DNA of 64,000 nucleotides, taken from contig CM059432.1 in assembly GCA_030390025.1 (NCBI GenBank), forward strand, positions 136,278,001 to 136,342,000, read 5' to 3'. The position numbers and the translations under genes were made by a program. This DNA comes from Squalus acanthias (taxonomy: Eukaryota). Shown one piece after another: positions 38,524 through 50,744 of the stretch (position 1 is its first letter; every line of letters begins with the position of its first letter). The notes beneath the pieces were generated by a model that had not been told where the DNA came from, searched no databases, and saw nothing but the letters and a program-made list of their open reading frames with translations.

Positions 38524-38999
38524 AAGTCCGTGGAAATGAAAATCGGGAGAGATGTATAACGAGAGATCAATCCGATATGGCCCATTTTACATTATCGTCC
38601 AAAGTCAAAATAACCCGTTTGTGTGTAACACCACCAGAGATGGTCAGTGATGAGGAACAGGCCTATAGATTGACCCTGACTGGCATCATATTGAGTGCCA
38701 ATATCCTTCATTGTTGGCTTAGACCTGTGTTCGAGATTATCAACCCAAGATGCTGACTTGAGTATGTTTCCACAGGTACATAGCCACCCTCTGGTACACT
38801 GCCCCATGTGGCCATACTTCATGTTTGAAGCTCATTAGTGATTACAATGAAAATCCTGAATGATTTCATCTCCTCAGTTCAGGGCCCCTGAGAGTAAGTG
38901 CAACTCCCCTGCTGCCCTCTTCTTCCTGTCCAGATCAGCTCACTCAGCACGGAGTGGGATCCAGTCCAACACCTTCCTGGTACTTTTGATCAGTAAAAG

Positions 39000-39427
39000 A
39001 ATGAAAGAACATTTATATAGTACCTTTCATGACCTCGGGACATCCCAAAACACTTCACAACCAATGAAATACTAATGTAGTCACTGTAGGGAAACACAGT
39101 AGCCAACTTTCACAGAGCAAGGTATCACAAACAGCAATGAGCTTAATGACCAAATAATCTGTACTTGGTGGTGCTAGTTGAGGGGTAAATGTTGGCCAGC
39201 ACTCCAGGAGAACTCCCCTGCTCTTCTTTAAATAGTACCGTGGGATCTTTTATATCCACCTGAGGGCCTCAGTTCAACATCTCATCTCAACACTTCCAGC
39301 AGTCCCTCAGTAATACACTGAAGTATCAGCCAAGATTACACACTTAAGTCTTATTGAGTGGGACTTGAACCCATGGCCTATCATGGCTCAGAGGCAAGAG
39401 GGCTACCCACTGAGCCAAGGCTGACAC
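39000..39427 (-). mobile_element. SacSINE1-like Deu-SINE
   Basis: Head, body and tail are similar to 41996-42450. Confidence 0.75.
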
Positions 39428-39729
39428 CCGAGTGAGCTTTGATTTACCTCTGGTGCCATGTAGAAATCTTGAATATGATATTTCTAATAACCGTGCTTTG
39501 GAAGAATGTGAAAGCGAAGTATTCATATGCAAGCTGCTGTATAAAGTCTGCACAGTATAAACTTTTCAAAGGTGTATTGTGGTAAAGATTACAGTAGACA
39601 GTCTGCCCTCAGGCTGGATGCAGCTGAGCTAACAGTTTGTCACATTTTGTATGCCGGCAAGGCAGTAATACTTGATGACATTAATCTTGGAAAAAAGTAA
39701 CTTGGTAGCTCCTCGTAGGTTTTAATAAG

Positions 39730-39992
39730 TTTAAAAGAACCAGAGGGGAGATGAAGAGAATTTTTTTTACGCAGCGAGCTATTACGATCTGGAATGCACT
39801 GCCTGAAAGGACGGTGGAAGCAGATTCAATAGTAACTTTCAAAAGGGACTTGGATAAATACCTGAAGGGGAGAAAATCATAGGGCTCTGGGGAAAGAGCG
39901 GGGGAGTGGGAATAATTGGATAGCTCCTTCAAAGAGCTGGCACAGGCACGATGGGCCGATCTGTACTGCAGCATTCTATGATTCTATTCTAT
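39730..39992 (+). mobile_element. CR1 3' fragment
   Basis: IWNALPER motif; ATTCTATGATTCTAT tail. Confidence 0.85.
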
Positions 39993-40566
39993 GGCAGACT
40001 ATCATCAAAACCATTGTTTTGTGCTTTTTACATAGCAAATGGGCAGAAATGCAGAATTTGATCAACAAAGTACTGCCAAACTTCCCGTAATCGGAGGCAG
40101 TAGAGAGGAATATGACTTATTAATTCACTGTAAATCAGTGACCCTAATCATCACAAATAATAATCCTTTCAGTTCTATTTGAACACGATCAGAACCCATC
40201 CCCCCTCCCCTCCCCCACCGCCGACCCCCCCCCACCCACCCCCCGCCCCCGCCCCCGCCCCCTAACGGAGCAGATGCTTTTTTCTTCTGGTTATAAGCTG
40301 GTGGTTAATTGGATGATTGTTTTATCTTTCATGGTATCAGCTGGGCTGGGTGCCATGGCGATTAAAATGAGAATAAATCAATTTAGTAAGGGTGACCACC
40401 AGAGTAAATTAATATTAAAAAAAAATAAGGAACTGAGCTCAAAATCAGGTTGTTCATCCTTTGGGACTTTGGTTGAATCAAACTGAGACTCATGGATGAA
40501 AGTTCTCCGCCTTGGCCAGTTGCTTGGATCCTGAGGTCAATACGTTTTAGGGGGTCTCCACTCTAC

Positions 40567-40890
40567 TTCAGCCGTGGCTCAGTTGATAGCACTCTCGCCT
40601 CTGAGTCTGCCCTCTCAGGTGGACGTAAACACGGCACTATTTTGAAGAAGTGCAAGGGAGTTCTCCCCGGTGTCCTGGCCAATATTTATCTCTCAACCAA
40701 CATCACAAAAACAGATTATCAGGTCATTATCACATTGCTGTTTGCGGGAGCTTGCTGTGTGCAAACTGGTTGCCACGGTTCCTACATTACAACAGTGACT
40801 ACACTTCAAAAGTACTTCATTGACTGTAAAGCGCTTTGAGATGTCCGGTGGTCGTGAAAGGCGCTATATAAATGCAAGTCTTTCTTTCTT
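40567..40890 (+). mobile_element. SacSINE1-like Deu-SINE (internally deleted)
   Basis: Head GCCGTGGCTCAGTTGATAGCAC joined directly to the mid-body; tail GGCGCTATATAAATGCAAG. Confidence 0.8.
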
Positions 40891-40927
40891 TTCTTTGTAT
40901 AAATGCAAGTCTTTCTTTCTATTTATA

Positions 40928-41376
40928 AAAATGAGAAGTCGCACAACACCAGGTTATAGTCCAACAGTTTTATTTGAAATTACGAGCTTTCGGAGCGCTG
41001 CTCCTTCTTCAGGTACAGTGAGGGAATATAAATCGATTACACAGTATATATAGACAGAGAACAATGTGTCTGCAGAGATACAATCCGTCAAGGAGGCATT
41101 ACATCAAAGACACATCAGAGTACAGCTAAGACAATGAGGTGGGTCACAGGGGGTCCAACGTGTCAAATGCTGCAGTCTGCAGTTAGGCTTTTAACTTTTT
41201 TTTAAAAACTGGGAAACCAGACAACGATGTCGAGTCACGTTCTGTAGCGTGACATGAACCCGAGATCCCGGTTGAGGCCGTCCTCATGGGTGTAGAACTG
41301 TTGGACTATAACCTGGTGTTGTGCGACTTCTCATTTTTGTCCACCCCAGTCCAACACCGGTATCTCTGCATCATGA
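40928..41376 (-). mobile_element. Short Penelope-like element insertion with inverted pseudo-LTR
   Basis: 12-bp TSD TTTCTATTTATA (40916-40927, 41377-41388). Perfect 43-bp inverted repeat 40927-40969 / 41296-41338. Minus strand 41235-41297 reads FYTHEDGLNRDLGFMSRYRT*, a GIY-YIG C-terminus with the GLN motif. Confidence 0.88.
40981..41015 (-). ncRNA. Minimal type I hammerhead ribozyme in the Penelope pLTR
   Basis: Minus strand TAC-CTGAAGA-A-GGAGC(AGC)GCTCC-GAAA-GC-TC-GTA: intact core, 5-bp stem II, palindromic AGCT in place of stem III, CUC cleavage triplet. Confidence 0.8.
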
Positions 41377-41995
41377 TTTCTATTTATACACAGAGGCGTG
41401 CAAAAATATCGCTCATAATTTTTCACTAATTAACACTAAATTGGTACACAATCAAAAAGGCCATGAGGATGAATGTTGTGGGAAGCAGGAAATACCCACC
41501 CTATTTTTCCGAGGGAAAAGCTGTGCTGTGTTTGACCAGTGAGCGATCATTAATTAATTTCAATCGCCCTAAAACAATACGCTCACTTTTCCACACATGT
41601 AAAAATTGACTTCAGGATTCAGTAATCCTTAGGGGTAGTTTTCTGTCCCAGGGCTTCTTGGTGAGCTTTACCTGCCAAGGCCTTTTTCTGGCCCATGGCC
41701 CACCTTCTAGGCTGCACTGGCCTGGCGGGACAGCCGTCACTGCTCCCCCTGCTCAGGCCTCCGACTAATCCAGCATCATCGGGTCACTATCTGCATGTTT
41801 AAAGGACCCCGCTGCTTTTGTATGGGTGTCCCGCTCGCCTGCTCAAATGCGCAGGCTAACATCAGGACACGGTGGGAAGGCAGTGGGATCAGAGCGGGTA
41901 AGTCGCTGGTCTCATTTTAACTGGCCACCTGCCCAGGTGGAGGGCCTTTGTGACATATGTTATTTATGTCGGGCTGGATGCTAGTTCATGTAGGT

Positions 41996-42450
41996 GTCAG
42001 CCGTGGCTCAGTGGGCAGCACTCTCGCCTCTGAGTCAGAAGGGTTGTGGGTTCAAGTCCCACGCCAGAAACATGAGCACAAAAATCTAGGCTGACACTCC
42101 AGTGCCAGTACTGAGGGAGTGCTGCACTGTCAGAGGTGCAGTTTTTCAGATAAGATGTTAAACTGAGGCCCTCAGGTGGACATAAAAGGTTCCATGGCAC
42201 TATTTCAAAGAAGAGCAGGGGAGTTCTCCCTGGTGTCCTGGCCAATATTTATCCCTCAACCAACATCACTAAAAAACAGATTATCTGGTCATTATCACAT
42301 GGCTGTTTGTGGGATCTTACTGTGTCTAAATTGGCTGTCGCATTTCCTATATTACAACAGTGACTACACTTCAAAAAGTACTTGATCGGCTGTAAGCGCT
42401 TTGGGACGTCCTGAGGTTGTGAAAGGTGATATATAATTGCACGTCTTATT
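41996..42450 (+). mobile_element. SacSINE1-like Deu-SINE, full length
   Basis: A-box TGGCTCAGTGG, B-box GGTTCAAGTCC, central domain and L2-like tail. Confidence 0.85.
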
Positions 42451-44671
42451 TTCTTTCCTACTTATTTTTTTGTAATTTGCATTTCAACTTGAAATAATAT
42501 TTTATTCATAAAAGCTTGACAGCTTGATGACATTGGCCTTTGAAGATCATCTTCACTGCAGCAAACACTTCAACTATTACGCGCTAGATTTTCCGAAATG
42601 CATTTTGTCTGATATCATAGAGTTAATGAAACGGCTCTTAAAATTCACAAAGGACACACACCGAATTGACCAGGTAATGATATACTGCAGGGTAAAGGGA
42701 CAAAGAAGCCTAAGCTATGTTCTATGGACTATACAAATAGTTTTGCTTGATTGCTTATGGTGAAGACATAAACGTGGGAATATTTTATACTTGCGCAAGA
42801 CCCTTTGGCATTGTGATATTAAGTGATCTGGTGTCTGCGGAGCTTTATAATCCAAAATGATTTTCCAGTAAATGAATGGCTAAAGATTAGCAGCAGCCAC
42901 ACATGTACTGTAAAGAGCTATTGAATTTCTCGATAATTTGCGCACATGCCCATATACCACTTTTCATCAAAACTGCAATCATTTAATTGTTTGCATTTAG
43001 TCGCCTCCCATCCAGACTAAAATTGCTCTCCTGGAAACTATGATTTCACTGTGATTGCACATTGACAGCCAACCTGTGTTCCGTCAGCATATGACAAATG
43101 CTCCATCGGTCAAAGTGAAATGGCACTTAACTCAGAAATAATAACTGTTTACTCCCATCCGAGTGGGCCGCTTGAGAGTGTTTGCCTTCAGTGATTGCTG
43201 ATTGGCCATATATATCCACCCTCGTCAATTAGAAAGAAATAGCACCAAAAAAAAGGAGCTCTGCCTTTCTGAACATTGAGGCAAATAATGGAGATGGATA
43301 AATGAAATTTACTAAATCAGGATGAAATATATTCGCAGGCCACTTGTCAGCGAAGCTCAAAGCCCCATCAGGGGAAAACGGAGCAGCTGGTCACAAAGCC
43401 AAGGTCAAAGGTCTGTCGGGGAGACTGCTGACACTTGGGATAATGGTTTGTCTGAAAAGCGGAATAGAGAGATCTTAGCCAGATGATTACAAGAGCAGTT
43501 CCATCTCTTAGCCCTAAATGCGCCATCACTTCAAGAAGGCTAAGCACCAGCAGAATGTTTATGGCAATATGTGATATGATGTAAAGTTTGGATGCCACTC
43601 GTTTAGTGTAAATTGCAACCTTGCAGCTCAACAACAAAACTTTCAATGCGACGTCGAGAAAATAACTTTGACTGTAACTTCCAAAGATTCTCTCTGTTAC
43701 TCTTCCGCTAATAATAGCTTGGCTAAAATGGTCGCACCATTTCTGCAATTTGAACTTTGCATGTTGCAAAATTTTTTAACAAATCGAATATAAGAACATT
43801 ATCGCCCTAAAGTTCCTAATAAAGTCGTATTATATTATGGGAAAGAAATGACTGGTCTACGGGGAAAGAGCAGGGGTGTGGGATTAATCGGAAACCAAAG
43901 AGCTGGCTGAGGCACGATGGGCCGAATGGCCTCCTTCGGTGCTGTATCATTCTATGATATGACTCCATAATTCTATGATATTACAACTTTGTCCCACTTT
44001 AGTTCTATCACAGAGAGAGCTGTCTGATTATGAATTTGATTTATTCACTGGTGATCTTCTGAGTTTGAGGTTAGGGCACATTCAGCAAAAAATGTCTTTG
44101 GTATGTATAGTGACATCAATACATTCATAAAGCTTTCATCTCACTATTTTGTTTTAGGAAAATTGTAAATATATTCCTTTTTTTTTAATCTGATTGTAGA
44201 TTTCTTCTGACTAATTGAGAATGAGTCAAATCAACCAAACAGCACCAACAATATTTACCACCTACAGGCACAAAAGGCCACAAAAGAATGACCACATGGA
44301 GGTCTGGATCAGGATCGCAAAAAGACTTTGGCCAGGGAATATCTTTACAGTTCCTCCATCTCTGCCGTCGTGGTTTCTTTCTGAAAATGCAGCAGAGATC
44401 CCATTCCTGCAGAAGATGTTTACATTTTTCACCTTGGTGTCCCTGACCTTCCACAGGACTGATCAGCTTACCTAGAGCTGAACTGTTGGGTCCCCAAAGG
44501 CCAATTTTACTCCAGCGCTGTCCTCCTATCCCCTTGCCCCCCACTCCCAAAAAGACCCTTTGATCCATTTGCATCAGCAGCCATTTCTGTGCATCATGAG
44601 AAATGCACTGGGAGCAATATTTAAATATTCAAATAAGCTAACCTTGCATCTTCGAGGTGCCCCATACATAA

Positions 44672-45446
44672 TGGCCCGGATTTTGCTCTCAGCGGTGAAG
44701 GAACGGCGCTCGCCATTCACCTCGCTGACAGCTGCCCACAGACTTTTCGTGGGCTTTTCAGCGGAGAGTTCCACTAATCCGGCATCTTTTCCAGTGCAGC
44801 GCCCTCTACAGGGGACCTGTGGCTTCTGCGAGCAGGAAAAGAAACAGCGAGGCTCTTCAACCAATCAGATTGAAGTATCCTCATTGAGACACACTGGAAA
44901 TATAAAGCAGGAAATATAAATTAAATTTAAATCATGTACCAAAAGTGAAATGACATTTGGGAAATATAGGTGGGATTAAGGGAGAGAGATAAAAGAGACA
45001 GACTGAAAAAGTAAAATAAAGGTGTTATTTTAAATGTAATTTAAAAAAAATCACCAACACTAATTTTCTTCTGAGGGAATGAGACTCCACACTTGTAAAA
45101 TAATTTTTTCAGGACCAGAGAGGTTGTTCAGCAGTAATTATCACTTATTACGCTGTTAAAAACTCATTTACACCAGAATGCACCAGCCCTAACTTTTACA
45201 TCCATTTTTAATGGGGAACTAGTGGGCAAGTACAGCTAGTTCACGTGGTTGCAGTGATTTCAGTGCCGAGTCTGTCAGCAAGAACTGCAACAGTGTACCC
45301 TGTGGAGGAGCGGGGTATCTCTGACAGTATGGATTGCTGTGCTTAACTGCGCATGTGTGGACTCCAGAAATTGCTGTCAGATTTCCTCCATTACAACGGT
45401 GAGCGCTGAGAGCCTCACCGTTATTCGCATTGCAAATTCCGGGCCA
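44672..45446. mobile_element. Harbinger-type MITE related to family B, opposite orientation
   Basis: TIRs TGGCCCGGATTTTGC and GCAAATTCCGGGCCA, with the canonical TAA TSD (44669-44671, 45447-45449). Confidence 0.85.
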
Positions 45447-46365
45447 TAAAGCGCAGACACTTCAAATGTTGCTTATAAAATGCTCGTGGTTTATGATATC
45501 ATTATTCCTGTGCGACTTCTCACAGCTATTCATTATTCTCTATTTGCACAGTGCTGCATTGAGTTAGATGTCCGGGTACACATATTTCAGAAAGTAACGT
45601 AATATATGATCAAACAATATTGTAAATGCTGACAAGCCCATGTAATCCTGTTCAGTAAGTACACATCCCACACATTCATTTTACTGACATTTTTCAACTT
45701 ACTGTGAAACATGCCATTGCAGTTGTGTGGGGTTCAGTCCTATGTTTTAATCCAAGGAGCCCTCACATTTTGTAAAAACCTAGCACAGTCCGCAACGCAT
45801 AGAGCAAGCGCGTTCGTGCTGACCAGATTTGCCCACTATACGCGGTAGACGTGAATCCATCAGAGTCCCTAATAACGTCTTTTCAGAGGGGAAAGTCCGA
45901 CAAACTGCCCTGGTCAGTTTCAAAGCTCGTATAATCATCAGCTTCTCTTATAAGTAACAGACTGATGTCTACAGACTGCCCTGGTCAATCGGGTTCTCTC
46001 CCCATTTCCCACTCTGCGTCTGGACGCAAGTTTGGTGAAGCACTCCCAAACTCTTCGCCCCTCTACCTGACATGAATCCCTCTGCTCCCTATCTCTGTAA
46101 CCTCCTCCATCACTACAGCCCTCCGAGATCTCTGTGCTCCTCCAATTCTGGCCTCTTGCGCATCCTCGATTTTCATCACCCCACAATTGGCGGCCGTGCC
46201 TTCAGCTACCTAGGCCCTATGCTCTGGAATTCTCTCCCTAAACCTCTACCTGTCTTTACATCTCTTTCCTCCTTTAAGACGCTGCTCAAATCCTACCTGT
46301 TTGACCAAGCTGTCCTAATGTCTCTTTTTGCCAGATAGCACTCCTGTGAAGCGCCAGCATCTTCT

Positions 46366-46402
46366 AGTCCTGATGAAAGGTCATCGACCTGAAACGTTAA
46401 CT
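46366..46402 (+). ncRNA. Minimal hammerhead ribozyme motif in a Penelope-type repeat (~46366-46500)
   Basis: AGTC-CTGATGA-A-AGGTC(ATC)GACCT-GAAA-CG-TT-AACT, with palindromic AACGTT and one stem I mismatch. Confidence 0.7.
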
Positions 46403-46917
46403 CTGTTCCTCTTTCCACAGATGCTGCCTGACCTGCTGAGGGTTTCTAGCATTTGCTGTTTTCATTTCAGGTTTCCAGCGTCCACAGTATTTTGCTTTTA
46501 AACTGTTGGATACATTGTTGGACACACCCCAATCACAGTGCTTTCAGTGTACGAAAGAAGGCATGCCAGGGCGATCAAAGGGCAGCATAGCCGGATTTAT
46601 CACACATGCCAATATGGAACCAACAATTGCTGTAAGCCATGGCCCACCTACCTGGCAGTGACTGTAAGAGTCTGACCTTTCAGAATTTGAGTCAGCAGGT
46701 AGGCAGATGCCATCTGCAGCAAGGACATCTGCTGTTATCATGCAACACATCCAATGCCAGAAATGGTAAGCTGTGGCCTGAAACGCCACCTCTTTGCAGG
46801 CATGCTGCAATTCTGGCTAATGGGGATGGTACCCTGGATTGGCACAGAGGGCTATCCTCCTCAATAGCCAATTCATGCAGCACCGCCTCCACCTCAGCAG
46901 TCATTGCTGGGCTGCTC

Positions 46918-48022
46918 AATGCCTCTGAGTCAGAAGGTTGTGGGTTCAAGTCCCACTCCAGAGACTTGAGCACAAAATCTAGGCTGACACTCCCAGTGCA
47001 GTACTGAGGGAGTGCTGCACTGTCGGAGGTGTCAGTCTTTCAGATGAAATGTTAAACTGAGGCCCCGTCTGCTCTCTCAGGTGGACTTAAAGATCCCATG
47101 GCACTATTTTGAAAAACAGCAGGGGAGTTCTCCCCGGTGTCCTGGCCAATATTTATCCCTCAACCAATATCTCTAAAATAGATTACCTAGCCATTATCAC
47201 ATTGCTGTTTGTGGGGCCTTGCTGTGCATAAATTAGGGTCCGCGTTTCCTACAATATAAGAACATAAGAATTAGGAGCAGGAGTAGGCCATGTGGCCTTT
47301 TGAGCCTGCTCGACCATTCAACAGGATCATGGCTGATCTTCGACCTCAACTCCACTTTCCCACCCGATCCCCATATCCCTTGATTCCAAAAATCTGTCTA
47401 TCTCAGCCTTGAATATACTCAAAGACTCAGCATCCACAGCCGTTTGGGGTAGAGAATTCCAAAGATTCACAACCCTCTGAGTGAAGAATTCCTCCTCATC
47501 TCAGTCTTAAATGGCCGTCCACTTATCCTGCGACTATGTCCCCTAGTTCTAGACTCTCCAGCCAGGGGAAACAACCTGTCAACATCTACCCTGTCAATCC
47601 CCCTCAGTATCTTATATGTTTCAAGGAGATCACCTCTTGCTCTTCTAAACTCCTGAGAGTATAGGCCCTATTCTACTCAATCTCCTTACAGGACAACCCT
47701 CTCATCCCAGGGATCAATCTATTGAACCTTTGTTGCACTGCCGCTAAGTCAAGTATGTCCTTCCTCAGATAAGGAGGCCAAAAGTGTGCACAGTACCCCC
47801 AGTGTGGTCTCACCAAAGCCCTGTACAATTGTAGTAAGACTTCTTTACTCTTGCACTCCAGCCCCCTTGCAATAAAGGCCAACATACCATTTGCCTTCCT
47901 AATTGCCTGCTGTACAATTACAGCAATGACTACACTTTAAAAGTACTTCATTGGCTGTAAAGCACTTTGGGAGGCCCTGAGGTCTTGAAAAGCGTCGTAT
48001 AATGTGAGTCTTTCTTTCTTTT
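46918..48022 (+). mobile_element. SacSINE1-like SINE interrupted by an antisense CR1 fragment (~47255-47912)
   Basis: The SINE resumes at TTACAGCAATGACTACAC after the CR1 (ORF 47673-47885, MLAFIARGLE). Confidence 0.85.
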
Positions 48023-48294
48023 TATGAGTTTCCTTTCCCTTCATTCTCAACTGTAACTTCTTAGTCCCTTTCAACCTGAGGAAAGGCTGATGAGGCCTTT
48101 GAGGCTCTTTAAGAATCTCCACTGTCAGCATCAAGCGCTCCCAGGGCAGGTATCACACAATAAACTGCAGGGTAAACATTCCTTCGATCAGTCTCAACAG
48201 TCTGCTTTAATCTCAGCTTCACAAAAGCACACCCAACTGCACCGTTCTGAATTTTTACACTCCCCACACCACCTATTCTTGTAGCGTTTCTAAG

Positions 48295-48480
48295 CGAGAT
48301 TGCCAATTTAGTGTCAATTTGTGCTGCGGGCCTGAGCTGGATTGAGACTGCCCAGAGTCATTTCATGTAGGACTCATAAGACAGGAGAGAAAAGGAGATT
48401 TCATCCCATCTATCTGGGCTGGATATAAACCCAAGTCCCAGAAATGAAAGGACAACATGCTAAGCTATTGCGTGACCCAG
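48295..48480 (-). mobile_element. LF-SINE-like ancient SINE fragment
   Basis: Colinear blocks CCTTTCATTTCT..TCCAGCCCAG, CCTACATGAAATGA..GTCTCAATCCAG and ATTGACACTAAATTGGCA resemble the LF-SINE consensus as I recall it. Confidence 0.5.
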
Positions 48481-48830
48481 GACTCCGTGCAATCTTACAA
48501 TAAAATGCAATCCCTCTGTTAGCATCAGTGTTATAGATGCAAAACTGAAGGGGCAGTGGTTTGCACTTGCTTTATCGAATGATCTTATGTAGAACGACCA
48601 GTGGAAACAGGCACCTGACTCCTGGGCAGCAGTGATGTTATTACCACATCATATTGAAGACTTGGTCCTAACGTGATCAAGTTGAGTGTAAAGTGGGTGA
48701 AATAAAGCTGAAGCTGATTTTATGAGACACTGAGCAAATGTCAATAAACGTCAGGCTTGAACAGAAGGGAGCTGCAGTGTCACAGATACCTGACAGTGAG
48801 CTGAGTGAGGCAAGTATTTTGCTACTAAGG

Positions 48831-49143
48831 TGTCAGTCGTGGCTCTAGTGGGTAGCACTCTCACCTCTGAGTCAGAAGGTTGTGGGTTCTAGCCCCACTC
48901 TAGAGACTGAAGCACAAAATCTAGGCTGACACTCCAGTGCAGTACTGAGGGAGTGCTGCACTGTCAGAGGTGCCATCTTACAGATGAGATGTTAAACCGA
49001 GGCCCTGTCTGCCCTCTCAGGTAGATGTAAACGATCCTATGGCACTGCACTAAAGAAGAGCAGGGGAGTTATCCCCGGTTTCCTGGCCAATATTTATCCC
49101 TCAACTGACATAATTAAAAACAGATTATCTGGTCATTATCAAC
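48831..49143 (+). mobile_element. SacSINE1-like Deu-SINE (3'-truncated)
   Basis: Matches 41996-42300. Confidence 0.85.
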
Positions 49144-49367
49144 TAATCTTGCACTGGTACAAATGTGATGCAATTCATCACCTGGAAATTCAGGACCACA
49201 CTGCTAGAATCAAATTTTATATAAACTCCAGATAAAACAAGTGGTTTGTTATTCTTTGCACCTTATCTCGGTTATTTGTTCAAGTAGCAACTCCATCTAA
49301 ACAGAGACATCACAAAACACTACGAACGTACAAACACATGAAAAAGATAAACAGGGAAAAACCAACT

Positions 49368-49798
49368 GGTCCATCGAGTCTGTCCCATTAAGTTGTGTTG
49401 GTAGTAAAGGTCCACTGAGTCGGTCCCATTAAGTTGTGCTGCTACTTGGGGTCCATTAAGTCGGTCCCATTAAGTTGTGTTGCTACTAGGGGTCCACTGA
49501 TTTGGTCCCATTAAGTTGTGTTGGTAGTAGAGGTCCATTGAGTTGGTCCCATTAAGTTGTGCTGCTACTAGGGGTCCACTGATTCGGTCCCATTAAGTTG
49601 TGTTGCTACTAGGGGTCCATTGAGTTGGTCCCATTACGTTGTGCTGCTACTAGGGGTCCACTGAGTCGATCCCATTAAGTTGTGTTGCTACTTGGGGTCC
49701 ACTGATTCGGTCCCATTAAGTTGTGTTGGTAGTAGAGGTCCATTGAGTTGGTCCCATTAAGTTGTGCTGCTACTAGGGGTCCATTGAATCTGTCCCAT
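49368..49798. repeat. 41-bp minisatellite, ~10.5 copies
   Basis: Unit GGTCCAYTGAKTYGGTCCCATTAAGTTGTGYTGSTASTAGR recurs every 41 bp from 49368 to 49778. Confidence 0.97.
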
Positions 49799-50744
49799 AA
49801 AGGGACTGCTGGAGGCCGACACTGAAAGAGTAAGTTAATGTTTTAAGACTTACTCTGTGAAACCTGGGGAGGGGCGGGGTTGCCGTGGTGAGGGGGAGCA
49901 GAGGTGCTCCACCCGGCTCTGCAGCACTCCTGAAGGCTGCTGCCGGCCTACGCTTAGTCCCCCTCCCATTCTTGGCCCTCCCCCACCCCGGACTTATCTG
50001 AGGGCCGCAATCAGCTCTGTGGTGGCCAGAATTTGATCTTCCCTTTTCCGACGAGTTGCCTGGGGATGCACAATAGGCAGCTCGCCAGACTTATTAAAAT
50101 GAGGCCAGAGGACCAATATCGATCAGGCCTCAGGCCTACCTGTTCGGGCACAGGGATCGCCCAGTTCGAGCTGCCATGGCAACACTAAAAAAATTCTATC
50201 CCAGTGTGAATCAGTGAGGGAATCATGTGCTGTACTCTGCAACAATTTCCGTAGCTGAAAATCCAGGGGATAAATAAAGACCATTGTTAACAAGAGCAGC
50301 TTATCCCTTTGGCAAGAAATGTGACCCTGAACTGCACCCAGCACTAGAGCAGGAACTCCAAGTGCAAGTGCACATATCTCTAACACTCATTTGTATACAA
50401 TCTACATTGGCACACCTTCTTCAGGCACAATCAGGTGAAAAGCCTTGCAGGAAATCCAGATGCAGTGCTATTCAGATTCCAAAACGCGGGCAGAAGATTT
50501 GCACCCATTTTTCCTGTGCGTAGCGTCCATTTTTCAGGTGCCGCTTGGGTACTAAATCGAAGAAAATCATCCCTGTTGTATCTGAGTTTTGTCACTATAT
50601 TTCAGTTTTGCTTGAGGCACCCCTCCCTTCGGACTGGCTGGAAACATGCCTTCAACAAGGACACGCTCGGTAGGGGAAAGTGAGGAAATCATATGAGAGC
50701 AGAATTGACTGTTGGGGCCATTGCCAGAAAAGTTGCTGCCACAC

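Noticed and set aside
41996..42070. tRNA gene
   Set aside because: The A and B boxes belong to a SINE head that continues into a multi-copy body and tail.
49368..49798. CRISPR-like periodic array
   Set aside because: The units are contiguous with no unique spacers, there are no cas genes, and the context is vertebrate.
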